Source: Desulfobacteraceae bacterium
Lineage (GTDB): Bacteria > Desulfobacterota > Desulfobacteria > Desulfobacterales > Desulfobacteraceae
Direction: 5' to 3'
Length of the DNA stretch: 64,000 nt
Assembly: GCA_024226935.1 (NCBI GenBank)
Contig: JAAELK010000222.1
Span: 27,237-91,236 of the forward strand
Positions within the stretch are counted from its first letter, which is position 1. Each line of letters opens with the position of its first letter. Below, in pieces: positions 54,098 to 64,000 of this stretch. Position numbers and translations under genes: made by a program. Under the pieces are notes generated by a model, which was given only the letters and a program-made list of their open reading frames with translations, was not told where the DNA came from and did no database searches.

Positions 54098-54718
54098 TTA
54101 GCTTAACCTCCCTTCAATATTCTTAATGGTTGATTCAACCAGCAGAAGGTTTTTGAACTTTAGGATATCATACACGTTCAGACCTATTGTTTTAATCACT
54201 TTCACATCGGGGATATTTCTTGAAGACAACGCAAGATTAACGTCCTCTGAATCCGATACGATGAGAAGATCTTGAAGATTCAATGTTTCCAAGACATCAG
54301 ACAACACCTTGGTTTTAATTGCTTCAAGCTTAAAATCATCAATAACAAAAAGTGTATTATCCTGAAGCTTACTACTTAGGGCCATTTTCAGTGCAAGTCG
54401 TCGCACTTTTTTAGGCACTTTGTAAGCATAAGATCGTGGGGATGGGCCAAAAATAACGCCTCCACCTTTTCTCAATGGAGACTTCACACTACCGGCACGT
54501 GCATTTCCGGTACCTTTTTGTCTGAAAAGCTTTTTAGTGCTACCAGCAACCATAGCCCTTGTCTTAGACGCAGCTGTCCCCTCTCGCTTTGCCGCGAGCT
54601 GGGATCTAACTACTTCATGAAGAACGCTTGTCTTTACCGGTATACCGAATACTTCATCAGTAAGCTCTGCTTCAGACACTTTCTTACCTGCACTGTTTAA
54701 TACATCGACAGCAGCCAT
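54098..54718 (-). CDS. rplD: 50S ribosomal protein L4
   Basis: 206 aa with '[15 protein letters not shown]'. Confidence 0.96.
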   Translation of the reverse strand: MAAVDVLNSAGKKVSEAELTDEVFGIPVKTSVLHEVVRSQLAAKREGTAASKTRAMVAGSTKKLFRQKGTGNARAGSVKSPLRKGGGVIFGPSPRSYAYKVPKKVRRLALKMALSSKLQDNTLFVIDDFKLEAIKTKVLSDVLETLNLQDLLIVSDSEDVNLALSSRNIPDVKVIKTIGLNVYDILKFKNLLLVESTIKNIEGRLS

Positions 54719-54832
54719 ATTCTTCCTCTTAATTTTTGATCAGCTATGCATCACTGCGAGTAATCGTCAATACCCATAGCCGCGTTTTCGTCTTTTCCAA
54801 GACTGACACTTGCACCCGTAGGTGCAAAGTTA

Positions 54833-55462
54833 TTATTTTTTTACGTCAGTCCTATGCACTTCGATTAAACCTGTTTTGCAGCCAGGCACAGGGCCTTTAA
54901 CCAGCAACAGATTATCTTCATGCTTAATATCTACAATGGTGAGATTCTTAACGGTTTTTTTATCAACACCCATATGTCCCGGCATTTTCTTACCCTTAAT
55001 AACCTTACCAGGCCAGGCGCTGTTACCGATGGAACCCGGTTTCCTATGATTTCTACAACCATGGGTTTCAGGTCCACGGCTAAATCCGTGCCTTTTAATG
55101 GTTCCCTGAAAACCTCGACCCTTTGAAATTCCAGACACAGTCACCTTTTCACCCACAGAGAACATATCAATCCCTATAGTCATACCAGCTTCCATCTCTT
55201 TTACATCATCGGCCCTGAATTCTCTCAGAACTTTAAATCCCTTATCAGTAGCTTTTTTCAAATGACCTGCCACGGGTTTATTCAACTTTTCAACGGGTTT
55301 TTCATCAAAACCCAATTGAAGCGCCGTATACCCATCAGTTTCCGTGGTTTTTACCTGGGTAACAACACACGGTCCGACCTGTAACACCGTAACAGGAACG
55401 AGTTTTCCCTCCGAGGAAAACACATTGGTCATCCCGATTTTTCTTCCAAGAATTGCGCTCAT
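54833..55462 (-). CDS. rplC: 50S ribosomal protein L3
   Basis: 209 aa with '[12 protein letters not shown]'. Confidence 0.97.
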   Translation of the reverse strand: MSAILGRKIGMTNVFSSEGKLVPVTVLQVGPCVVTQVKTTETDGYTALQLGFDEKPVEKLNKPVAGHLKKATDKGFKVLREFRADDVKEMEAGMTIGIDMFSVGEKVTVSGISKGRGFQGTIKRHGFSRGPETHGCRNHRKPGSIGNSAWPGKVIKGKKMPGHMGVDKKTVKNLTIVDIKHEDNLLLVKGPVPGCKTGLIEVHRTDVKK

Positions 55463-55482
55463 AATTTGTTCCTGTTATTGAA

Positions 55483-55791
55483 CTACAATTTAATTTCCAC
55501 ATCAACACCGGGCGAAAGATCAAGTTTCATCAAGGCATCAACAGTCTGTTGTGTTGGCTCAAGAATATCCATCATCCGTTTGTGGGTTCTGATTTCGAAC
55601 TGCTCCCGTGACTTCTTATTCACATGGGGAGACCGCAACACAGTAAACTTATTGATTCTGGTAGGAAGGGGAACCGGTCCCACTATTCTGGCGCCGGTTT
55701 TCCTAGCCGTATCAACTATATCTACCGATGACTGATCAAGCAACTTATGATCATAGGCTTTAAGCCTTATCCGTATTTTAGTTTTCAACAT
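55483..55791 (-). CDS. rpsJ: 30S ribosomal protein S10
   Basis: 102 aa with '[16 protein letters not shown]'. Confidence 0.97.
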   Translation of the reverse strand: MLKTKIRIRLKAYDHKLLDQSSVDIVDTARKTGARIVGPVPLPTRINKFTVLRSPHVNKKSREQFEIRTHKRMMDILEPTQQTVDALMKLDLSPGVDVEIKL

Positions 55792-55806
55792 AATAATAAT
55801 TCTTTC

Positions 55807-57000
55807 TTATTCAACAATTTCACCGATAACGCCGGCACCAACAGTACGTCCACCCTCTCTAATCGCAAAACGAAGTCCTTTTTCCATTGCAATAGGATTG
55901 ATGAGCTCAACGTTAATGTTTGCATTATCACCAGGCATAATCATTTCAACACCCTCATCAAGAGTCAAAACACCTGTGATATCAGTTGTTCTAAAAAAGA
56001 ACTGGGGTCTGTAGCCACTGAAGAAAGGAGTATGACGTCCACCCTCTTCTTTGCTCAGAGCATACATTTCCGCTTTAAATTTTGTATGGGGATTGATAGT
56101 ACCAGGTTTAGCAACAACCTGACCTCTTTCAACCTGCTCTCTTTTCGTACCACGAAGCAAAAGCCCAACATTATCGCCTGCCTGACCTTGATCCAGAAGT
56201 TTTCTGAACATTTCAACACCAGTACAAACAGTCTTAGCAGTTTCCCTGATACCAACAATTTCAATCTCTTCACCCGTTTTAACGATTCCCCGGTCAATTC
56301 TTCCGGTTACAACCGTACCACGACCAGAAATACTGAACACATCCTCAATGGGCATCAAAAATGGTTTATCCGTATCTCTTTCCGGCTCAGCAACATATGA
56401 ATCCAATATGTCAAGTAATTCATGAATTGGTTTTGCAGCATCATCATCTGCGCTATCACATTCCAAAGCCTTAAGAGCAGAACCCCTGATTATAGGAGTA
56501 TCATCGCCTGGGAATTCATAGGTATCCAAAAGCTCCTGGAGCTCCATCTCTACCAATTCAATCAACTCTTCGTCATCGACCATATCACATTTATTCAAAA
56601 AGACAACAATCGAAGGCACACCAACCTGACGAGCAAGAAGGATATGCTCTCTGGTCTGGGGCATGGGACCATCATCGGCACTAACAACCAGGATAGCACC
56701 ATCCATCTGGGCTGCACCGGTAATCATGTTTTTAATATAATCAGCATGGCCCGGGCAATCCACATGGGCATAATGCCGATTAGCAGTCTCATACTCAACA
56801 TGGGCGGTTGCAATGGTGATACCGCGCTCTCTTTCTTCCGGAGCCTTGTCAATCTCATCAAACGGAACAAAGGTACCGCCACCTTTCAAAGCAGCGTGTT
56901 TGGTAATTGCTGCTGTAAGCGTAGTCTTACCATGATCAATATGACCGATTGTTCCTATGTTCACATGCGGCTTGTTCCGCTCAAATTTTTCCTTAGCCAT
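55807..57000 (-). CDS. tuf: Elongation factor Tu
   Basis: 397 aa starting '[28 protein letters not shown]', with 'DCPGHADY' and 'NKCD'. Confidence 0.98.
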   Translation of the reverse strand: MAKEKFERNKPHVNIGTIGHIDHGKTTLTAAITKHAALKGGGTFVPFDEIDKAPEERERGITIATAHVEYETANRHYAHVDCPGHADYIKNMITGAAQMDGAILVVSADDGPMPQTREHILLARQVGVPSIVVFLNKCDMVDDEELIELVEMELQELLDTYEFPGDDTPIIRGSALKALECDSADDDAAKPIHELLDILDSYVAEPERDTDKPFLMPIEDVFSISGRGTVVTGRIDRGIVKTGEEIEIVGIRETAKTVCTGVEMFRKLLDQGQAGDNVGLLLRGTKREQVERGQVVAKPGTINPHTKFKAEMYALSKEEGGRHTPFFSGYRPQFFFRTTDITGVLTLDEGVEMIMPGDNANINVELINPIAMEKGLRFAIREGGRTVGAGVIGEIVE

Positions 57001-57046
57001 CTTCTTAGTTCCTCCTGTGGAATGTTTTCAGGATATTTTTTAAAAA

Positions 57047-57514
57047 TTAAAACCGAAAATGGGCAAACGCCTTATTGGCTTCTGCCATCTTGTGTGTATC
57101 TTCTCTCTTCTTAACTGCCCCGCCCCTCTTATTATATGCATCAAGCAGCTCCGAAGCCAACTTGTTTGCATATCCTTTTTCGGAACGTTTCCGGCTAAAA
57201 CTGATCAACCACCGAAAAGCGAGAGCCGTCTGTCTGCTGGGCTTAATATCAGTAGGTACCTGATATGTTGACCCACCGATTCTTCGCGATTTCACCTCGA
57301 CGGAAGGTCGAATATTATCAATCGCCTTTTTAAAGATCTCCAGAGCAGGCTCACCGACCTTTTCCTGGGTCATTGATAACGCCTCGGTCACCACTCTGCG
57401 GGCTGCATTTTTCTTTCCCTGCTTCATAACGCAGTTCACAAATCGAGCAGCAAGCTTTTCTTCCTGGGTGGCGTCCTTCGTTAAATTTTCTATACTAATT
57501 TCTTTTTCTGCCAT
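57047..57514 (-). CDS. rpsG: 30S ribosomal protein S7
   Basis: 155 aa with 'KFVNCVMKQGKKNAA'-type motifs and 'VEVKSRRIGGSTYQVP'. Confidence 0.97.
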   Translation of the reverse strand: MAEKEISIENLTKDATQEEKLAARFVNCVMKQGKKNAARRVVTEALSMTQEKVGEPALEIFKKAIDNIRPSVEVKSRRIGGSTYQVPTDIKPSRQTALAFRWLISFSRKRSEKGYANKLASELLDAYNKRGGAVKKREDTHKMAEANKAFAHFRF

Positions 57515-57564
57515 TTGTCATATCCACCAATATTATCTATTAACAACTTCCAATGTATATGCGA

Positions 57565-57936
57565 CTATTTCGGCCGCTTGGCTCCATATTTGGAACGCCC
57601 CTGCCTTCTGTCATCAACCCCCAAGGTATCCAAGGCCCCTCTGACAATATGATAGCGAACACCAGGTAAATCCTTTACCCTGCCACCTCTTACCAGAACA
57701 ACCGAATGTTCCTGCAGATTATGACCCATACCCGGAATATATGCAGCGACTTCCATACCGGTGGTCAAACGAACCCTTGCCACTTTTCTCAAAGCAGAGT
57801 TAGGTTTTTTCGGAGTTGACGTATACACCCTGGTACACACACCACGTTTTTGAGGTCCACCCTTCAAAGCAGGCGTACTAACCTTTTTTTCTGCTTTCTT
57901 CCTACCTTTTCTAACCAACTGATTTATGGTCGGCAT
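57565..57936 (-). CDS. rpsL: 30S ribosomal protein S12
   Basis: The internal ATG at 57936 was chosen (SD 'aaggag' upstream). The protein starts '[14 protein letters not shown]'. Confidence 0.96.
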   Translation of the reverse strand: MPTINQLVRKGRKKAEKKVSTPALKGGPQKRGVCTRVYTSTPKKPNSALRKVARVRLTTGMEVAAYIPGMGHNLQEHSVVLVRGGRVKDLPGVRYHIVRGALDTLGVDDRRQGRSKYGAKRPK

Positions 57937-58039
57937 AACTTTTCCAGCGCTCCTTATCAATGTAATACATCATCATATACGACAAAATATTTAATTTTAC
58001 TTCCACTCTTTACAAATGTCAAGGTTTTTTATTTTTCCC

Positions 58040-61000
58040 TTAGACTTCAACTACCTCACCAAAATCGACTTCAACGTCCTGATACCCTTTAAATCCGGTC
58101 CCTGCCGGAATAAGTCTCCCCATGACTACATTTTCTTTCAACCCTTTTAGGCTATCAAACTTACCTTCAATGGAAGCAAGGGTCAAAACCTTAGTGGTTT
58201 CCTGAAAAGAAGCAGCAGACAAAAAACTATCTGTTGACAAAGAGGCTTTTGTAATACCAAGGATCAAAGGTTCACCCTTTGCAGGCTCCCCTCCGTTCAT
58301 GGCTACTTCACGATTACTTTCTTCAAAAAGAACCCGATCCACCTGCTCATCGGGAATGAAATCGGTATCACCGGTACTGATAATCTTGACCCGTCTCATC
58401 ATCTGACGAATCACAACTTCAATATGCTTGTCGTTGATTCGCACACCCTGGAGTCGATAAACTTCCTGGACCTCATCCACCAGATATTTGGCAAGGGCAA
58501 CTTCCCCTTTAATATTCATAATATCCTGTGGATTAGCACTGCCGGCAATCAAAGGATCACCTGCCTTAACATAGTCACCGTCATATACGGTTACATGCTG
58601 ACCCTTAGGTATGGAGTATTCTTTCTTTTCTCCAATATCAGCCGGGGTGACCGTTACCTTCTGGCGCCCTTTAGTACCCTTGGAAACCAGCACATATCCA
58701 TCAATCTCTGTCAACATACCAGGATCTTTTGGTTTTCTGACTTCGAAGAGTTCTGCTACCCTTGGCAAACCACCGGTGATATCCTTGGTTTTAGTGGTAG
58801 CCCTTGGAAGCTTGGCAATAATTTCACCCGCCATGACATTATCATCTTCTTCAACTGTCAAAATAGCATTTACCGGCAAATAATACCGAGCCTGGGTTTT
58901 TGCATTGTCCAACTTAACTGCCTTACCATCTTGATCCCTGAGCGTTATTCGCGGACGAATTTCAGAGTCTTTCCCTTCAATAATGGTTCGACTAACCTTA
59001 CCTGTAACCGGGTCAATCTGTTCTTGAACCGTATTACCCACCTCTATATCGGAAAAACGAATCCGCCCGCTCACTTCCGTGATAATCGGTGTGGTAAAGG
59101 GGTCCCAGGTGGCAATAACATCACCCGGCTCAATTATCTGACCATCCTTGGCATGGAGAGTTGCACCGTAGATAACGGTTTCCTTCGCCCGTTCACGCCC
59201 TTCCTGGCCGACAATATTAAGACCTCCACCCTTACGATTCATGACAATTACCTGATTGTCAGAAGAGGTTACAGTATGAACGTCTTCATTATATTTGAGT
59301 ATACCCCCTACCCTTGCTTTAATTTCAGCAACCTCAACCTTCCTGGAAGCGGTTCCACCAATATGAAAGGTACGCATGGTCAGCTGGGTACCGGGTTCTC
59401 CAATGGACTGAGCCGCAACAATACCGATGGCCTGCCCGATTTCAACGGTCACACCATGGGCAAGATCACGACCATAACACCTGGAACACACTCCGTTTCT
59501 GGAGTTACATGTCAATACCGAACGGATCTTGACTTTTTGAACTCCGGCGGACTCAATCTGGGCCACATGACCTTCATTGAGTTCAGTATCGATACCGACA
59601 ATAAAAGCGTCAGAATAAGGATCCCGGATATCTTCCTGGGTAACCCTACCTAAAATTCTTTCCCCCAAAGTCTGGATGATCTCACCACCCTCATAAAGGG
59701 ATTCCACTTCTATTCCGTTAATGGTACCACAATCTACTTCAACAATGGTGCAATCTTGTCCAACATCGGCAAGACGTCGGGTCAGATATCCCGAGTTGGC
59801 TGTTTTAAGCGCTGTATCGGCCAGACCTTTACGGGCACCATGGGTAGAGATAAAATACTGGAGAACGGAAAGTCCTTCCCTGAAACAGGCGGTAATTGGA
59901 TTCTCGATGATCTCCCCGGAAGGTTTGGCCATCAATCCACGCATACCAGCCAATTGTCGCATCTGATCCTTGGAACCACGGGCACCGGAATCGGCCATTA
60001 TATAAACGGCATTCAGTACTTCTGAGGTTTCAGGATCATCTGTTCCAGTGGGGTTTTTCATGATCTCCATCATGGCATTGGCAATATCATCCGTGGCCTG
60101 GGCCCAGATATCAACCACCTTATTATATTTCTCACCCTGGGTAATCAACCCTTCCGAATACTGGTCTTTAATATCATCAATATTCTTTTCAGCACTGGCA
60201 ATGAGGTCCCATTTTTGATCAGGGATAATCATATCCTTGACGCAAATAGACAATCCACCCAGAGTCGAATGCTTATACCCGATATCCTTAAGCCTGTCGG
60301 AAAGGATAACTGTTTCCTTAAGTCCGATATTTCTATAGGCATAATCAATCAGTTTAACAACGGAGGATTTATCCATGAGTTTATTTACCAAATTAAACGG
60401 CAAAGTGGTTTGACGCTTATCTACTTTAAAAATAGTATAGTTGTCACCCACCATTCTGACATCGGTAAACTGATCCTTTTTAAGACCAAACAATTGCTCT
60501 ACTACCACATCGGATACCTGGAAAATATTTTTAAATTCCTTACGGGTCAGAATACCGGTTTCACCCCGGCTCTTTTTAATTTCATCATCCGAATATTTCT
60601 TTAAAACCGTATCAAAAAGCTTACCTGCCTTGAGTTCTGCAAGGGCAGTTTCACAAGTTTCAAGGGAATCGGTACGTATCCGGCTCAATGCCAGAAGAGT
60701 ATCCCCCGGAATGGTTTCCCACAAAAGGATACGGCCCGTGGTGGTATCAAAAACTTCATCGTCGATCCTGACCTTAATTCTTGCATGCAATGCCAGCTCA
60801 CCGGCATCAAAAGCATATCGAACCTCATCAAGACTGGCAAAAGTAATGCCCTCGCCTTTTTGCCCCCTTACTGCCCGGGTCATATAGTAGATACCCAATA
60901 CAATATCCTGGGTTGGAACAATAATCGGCTGACCATTGGCCGGAGACAAAATATTATTGGTGGAGAGCATCATGATCCTGGCTTCCAGCACCGCCTCAAG

Positions 61001-62419
61001 GGAGAGCGGAATATGAACTGCCATCTGATCACCATCAAAATCGGCATTAAAGGCCGGACATACGAGGGGATGAAGCTGAATAGCCTTGCCCTCTATCAAT
61101 ACCGGTTCAAAAGCCTGAAACCCGAGTCGATGAAGCGTTGGTGCACGGTTGAGCATAACAGGATATTCTTTAACAACAGATTCCAATGCATCCCAGACCT
61201 CGGTCTCTTCACGTTCCACCATTTTTTTGGCACTCTTGACCGTGGAAACCAACCCTTTTTGTTCCAGATAATTATAGATAAAGGGTTTAAACAGCTCCAA
61301 AGCCATTTTCTTAGGAATACCACACTGGTGAAGCCTGAGCTCAGATCCGACAGTGATAACGGTACGGCCGGAATAATCAACACGTTTACCCAAAAGGTTC
61401 TGACGGAATCGTCCTTGTTTACCCTTCAAGGTATCACTCAAAGATTTCAACGGACGTTTATTGGTTCCCGTAACCACCCTGCCATGCCGACCATTGTCAA
61501 ACAATACGTCAACAGACTCCTGGAGCATCCTTTTTTCGTTACGGACAATAATATCCGGAGCATTCAGATCAACCAGGCGTTTAAGCCGGTTGTTCCGGTT
61601 TAATACCCTGCGATACAGATCATTGAGATCAGAAGTGGCAAACCGTCCGCCCTCCAAGGGCACAAGGGGTCTTAAATCCGGCGGCAAAATCGGACAGGCC
61701 GTCAAAATCATTCGTGTGGGCTCTAACCCTGAATTTAAAAAGGCATCGACCACTTTCAAACGCTTAGACATTTTCTGCTGCTTGGCAACAGATTTAGTCA
61801 GGCTGATCTCCTCTTTCAATTCGTCGTGGGTAGCCTGTAGATCAATCTCACCCAATAGTTTGAGTATAGCCTCAGCCCCAATCCCAGCCTCAAAATCCTC
61901 ACCATAGGCTTCAAGAGCCTCATAGTACTGATCATCGGAAAGAAGCTGCATTTTTTTCAACCCGGTCTCTTTGGGATCGATCACGAGATAGGAATCAAAA
62001 TATAAAACTTTTTCAAGATTCTTTAATGTCAAGTCCAGTACATTTCCAATTTTACTGGGCAGACTTTTCAGGAACCATATATGGGATACGGGAGAAGCAA
62101 GCTCAATATGAGCCATTCGTTCTCTTCTAACCTTGGATTGAATAACCTCAACCCCGCACTTTTCACAGACAACTCCCCTGTGCTTCATGCGTTTGTATTT
62201 ACCACAATTACATTCGTAGTCTTTTGTAGGACCAAAAACCTTCGCACAGAAGAGACCATCTCGTTCCGGTTTGAAAGTCCTGTAATTTATAGTTTCAGGC
62301 TTTTTTATTTCACCATGGGACCACTCTCTGATCTGATCTGAAGATGCGAGACTGATCTGTACGCCGCTATAAACCTTAGGATCTTTCGGCTTTGCGAAGA
62401 AATCATATATATTATCCAA
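58040..62419 (-). CDS. rpoC: DNA-directed RNA polymerase subunit beta' (with a lineage-specific ~100-aa insertion at residues ~572-672)
   Basis: 1459 aa. It has the catalytic 'NADFDGDQM', zinc motif '[20 protein letters not shown]', and a trigger-loop SBHM-type insert. Confidence 0.98.
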   Translation of the reverse strand: MDNIYDFFAKPKDPKVYSGVQISLASSDQIREWSHGEIKKPETINYRTFKPERDGLFCAKVFGPTKDYECNCGKYKRMKHRGVVCEKCGVEVIQSKVRRERMAHIELASPVSHIWFLKSLPSKIGNVLDLTLKNLEKVLYFDSYLVIDPKETGLKKMQLLSDDQYYEALEAYGEDFEAGIGAEAILKLLGEIDLQATHDELKEEISLTKSVAKQQKMSKRLKVVDAFLNSGLEPTRMILTACPILPPDLRPLVPLEGGRFATSDLNDLYRRVLNRNNRLKRLVDLNAPDIIVRNEKRMLQESVDVLFDNGRHGRVVTGTNKRPLKSLSDTLKGKQGRFRQNLLGKRVDYSGRTVITVGSELRLHQCGIPKKMALELFKPFIYNYLEQKGLVSTVKSAKKMVEREETEVWDALESVVKEYPVMLNRAPTLHRLGFQAFEPVLIEGKAIQLHPLVCPAFNADFDGDQMAVHIPLSLEAVLEARIMMLSTNNILSPANGQPIIVPTQDIVLGIYYMTRAVRGQKGEGITFASLDEVRYAFDAGELALHARIKVRIDDEVFDTTTGRILLWETIPGDTLLALSRIRTDSLETCETALAELKAGKLFDTVLKKYSDDEIKKSRGETGILTRKEFKNIFQVSDVVVEQLFGLKKDQFTDVRMVGDNYTIFKVDKRQTTLPFNLVNKLMDKSSVVKLIDYAYRNIGLKETVILSDRLKDIGYKHSTLGGLSICVKDMIIPDQKWDLIASAEKNIDDIKDQYSEGLITQGEKYNKVVDIWAQATDDIANAMMEIMKNPTGTDDPETSEVLNAVYIMADSGARGSKDQMRQLAGMRGLMAKPSGEIIENPITACFREGLSVLQYFISTHGARKGLADTALKTANSGYLTRRLADVGQDCTIVEVDCGTINGIEVESLYEGGEIIQTLGERILGRVTQEDIRDPYSDAFIVGIDTELNEGHVAQIESAGVQKVKIRSVLTCNSRNGVCSRCYGRDLAHGVTVEIGQAIGIVAAQSIGEPGTQLTMRTFHIGGTASRKVEVAEIKARVGGILKYNEDVHTVTSSDNQVIVMNRKGGGLNIVGQEGRERAKETVIYGATLHAKDGQIIEPGDVIATWDPFTTPIITEVSGRIRFSDIEVGNTVQEQIDPVTGKVSRTIIEGKDSEIRPRITLRDQDGKAVKLDNAKTQARYYLPVNAILTVEEDDNVMAGEIIAKLPRATTKTKDITGGLPRVAELFEVRKPKDPGMLTEIDGYVLVSKGTKGRQKVTVTPADIGEKKEYSIPKGQHVTVYDGDYVKAGDPLIAGSANPQDIMNIKGEVALAKYLVDEVQEVYRLQGVRINDKHIEVVIRQMMRRVKIISTGDTDFIPDEQVDRVLFEESNREVAMNGGEPAKGEPLILGITKASLSTDSFLSAASFQETTKVLTLASIEGKFDSLKGLKENVVMGRLIPAGTGFKGYQDVEVDFGEVVEV

Positions 62420-62430
62420 ATGTCTTCTCC

Positions 62431-64000
62431 TTATTTGGTACCTTCTATAAGATTCATGTCCAACCCCAGACTATTAAGTTCTTTTGTCAACACCCTGAAC
62501 GATTCAGGCATTCCTGGCTCGAGAACATTCTGGCCTTTAACTATTTTTTCATACATACGTGTTCTTCCGGTCATATCATCCGATTTTACGGTCAAAAACT
62601 CCTGCAAGGCATGGGCTGCGCCATAGGCTTCCATTGCCCAGACTTCCATCTCCCCAAGTCTCTGCCCACCAAACTGAGCCTTACCGCCCAGAGGTTGCTG
62701 GGTAACAAGGGAATAAGGACCTATGGAACGAGCATGAAGCTTATCATCAACCAGATGGTGAAGCTTGAGCATATACATTGTCCCCACCGTTACAGGCTTA
62801 TCAAAAGGCTCTCCGGTTCTACCGTCATACAAGATGGCTTGCCCTGAATCATCAAAACCTGCCATGGTAATCAATTCTCTTATCTCGTCTTCGGTGGCAC
62901 CGTCAAAAACGGGAGTTGCAGTATGAACACCCCTTCGATACATGGAACCAAACTTAATCAATTCAGCATCTGACATTGCATCTATTTTTTTGACAAGAAC
63001 ATCTTCTACCAGATCGGCCTTCTGGGTCTTGGTCAGGGAGAAAATACTGGTCACTTTTTCCCTTAGCTGTTTCACCTTCTGCTCTTCTATAAGCTCATTA
63101 ATCTGCTGCCCAAGGCCAAATGCCGCATGTCCAAGATGGATTTCAAGAATCTGTCCAACATTCATACGGGAGGGAACACCCAAGGGATTGAGAACCATAT
63201 CAACCGGTCGACCATCTGCAAAATATGGAAGATCTTCTGTTCTTAAAATTCTGGAAACAACACCCTTATTTCCATGACGGCCCGCCATCTTATCCCCAAC
63301 AGAAAGAACCCGGAGCAAAGCCACAGAAATTTTAATCAACTTCAATACACCGGGAGGAAGATCATCTCCTTTTTCAAATCTGGAGACCTGCCTGTTAAAA
63401 CGTTCCCTGGCAATTTTAATCTGATTCTGGGCATGCTCAAGTATGAGCTGAACTCTTTCCGTCAAAACGGAATCACCCACAGCAACATTCACCAAGATGG
63501 AAACTGGAATACCCTTAAAGGCTCCGGACTTTACTTTAGACCCTTCCTTAATAAGAATTTTGCCATTTTTCTCCAACCCGGAAAGGATTTGCTGACCATC
63601 AAGAATGGATTCTGCTTTTTCACTGGCAACCTGGGAGATTATTTTAATTTCATCATCCCTGGCCTTTTCAAGACGTTCTATCTCTTCGTCTTCAATCAGT
63701 CTGGTTCTATCATCCTTGGACAACCCTCTTCGGGAAAAGACCTTGGCATCAATAACCTTTCCTTTTACGCCGGGGGGCACACAAAGGGAGGTATCTTTTA
63801 CATCCCCTGCCTTTTCACCGAAAATAGCCCGGAGCAACTTTTCCTCAGGAGAAAGTTGAGTTTCCCCCTTTGGGGTAATCTTACCTACGAGGATATCTCC
63901 GGATTGCACTTCAGCACCCAGGCGAATAATTCCACTCTCATCCAGGTTTTTAAGGGCCTCTTCGCCCACATTTGGAATATCCCTGGTAATCTCTTCCTTA
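62431..64000 (-). CDS. rpoB: DNA-directed RNA polymerase subunit beta (C-terminal part; the gene continues beyond the window)
   Basis: The frame stays open to the window edge (hand translation ...[23 protein letters not shown]). It contains '[15 protein letters not shown]' and 'MNVGQILE'. Confidence 0.97.
   Translation of the reverse strand, partial: KEEITRDIPNVGEEALKNLDESGIIRLGAEVQSGDILVGKITPKGETQLSPEEKLLRAIFGEKAGDVKDTSLCVPPGVKGKVIDAKVFSRRGLSKDDRTRLIEDEEIERLEKARDDEIKIISQVASEKAESILDGQQILSGLEKNGKILIKEGSKVKSGAFKGIPVSILVNVAVGDSVLTERVQLILEHAQNQIKIARERFNRQVSRFEKGDDLPPGVLKLIKISVALLRVLSVGDKMAGRHGNKGVVSRILRTEDLPYFADGRPVDMVLNPLGVPSRMNVGQILEIHLGHAAFGLGQQINELIEEQKVKQLREKVTSIFSLTKTQKADLVEDVLVKKIDAMSDAELIKFGSMYRRGVHTATPVFDGATEDEIRELITMAGFDDSGQAILYDGRTGEPFDKPVTVGTMYMLKLHHLVDDKLHARSIGPYSLVTQQPLGGKAQFGGQRLGEMEVWAMEAYGAAHALQEFLTVKSDDMTGRTRMYEKIVKGQNVLEPGMPESFRVLTKELNSLGLDMNLIEGTK

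Noticed and set aside
55747-57114. Plus-strand ORFs of 217 aa and 230 aa overlapping tuf and rpsG
   Set aside because: They are antisense shadows of EF-Tu and S7, with no start context or motifs.
58424-61907. Long plus-strand ORFs (409 aa, 272 aa, 148 aa and others) inside rpoC
   Set aside because: They are antisense to an unambiguous, highly conserved rpoC frame. Their composition is low-complexity (Leu/Ser/Phe/Ile-rich) and they have no motifs. This is the typical shadow-ORF pattern.
1-64000. Search by eye for tRNA, rRNA, tmRNA, integrase, transposase, invertase and cas genes
   Set aside because: No ORF shows tyrosine/serine-recombinase or DDE-transposase motifs, and I recognised no tRNA-like cloverleaf or rRNA sequence. 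Absence by eye is not proof, so tRNAscan-SE, Infernal and ISfinder should be run.

Overview
This is a 64-kb window from an AT-rich bacterial chromosome. Gene order and protein sequences look Desulfobacterota-like, but that is a low-confidence guess. All homology calls come from motif recognition by eye; no searches were run.

Layout:
(1) 1-7.4 kb holds housekeeping-type genes: an SPL-like PLP enzyme, GNAT, a MazG-like protein, and an S1 protease plus CPBP protease. They are interrupted by a very AT-rich 3.4-kb islet (1360-4764) carrying a three-gene ABC-3C-type conflict system (SMEK effector, middle component, coiled-coil ABC ATPase). The islet is bracketed by a 34-bp direct repeat that duplicates the 3' end of the GNAT gene.
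(2) 7.7-13.1 kb is a single 1814-aa orphan giant protein with an N-terminal HhH, beta-sandwich repeats, a conserved Gly/Ser-rich core and a C-terminal HExxH.
(3) 13.2-23.7 kb is an AT-rich accessory region of orphan genes. One is a gingipain-like secreted protease gene flanked by a 46-bp perfect inverted repeat. Three unrelated gene units are each preceded by copies of the same roughly 110-190-bp promoter module.
(4) 24.0-36.8 kb is an MSHA-like type IV pilus / T2SS-like cluster on the minus strand. Oddities include a G10 tract at the junction of the two distal genes (loss of one G fuses them), a single in-frame TAA splitting a PilM-PilN-type gene, helically phased 10-bp tandem repeats in an intra-operon spacer, and an ATPase with tandem MshEN c-di-GMP-binding motifs next to a divergent GGDEF gene.
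(5) 37-41.9 kb carries a GGDEF protein, a hybrid histidine kinase and a cyclase-family hydrolase.
(6) 41.9-64 kb is the conserved rpoBC-str-S10-spc-alpha supercluster on the minus strand. It has no fusA, adk or map, and RpoC carries a roughly 100-aa insertion resembling a degenerate parvulin domain.

I saw no rRNA, tRNA, CRISPR array, transposase or integrase. The best candidates for new biology are the ABC-3C islet with its att-like scars, the inverted-repeat-flanked protease cassette with the shared promoter modules, the giant orphan protein, and the contingency-type features of the pilus cluster.
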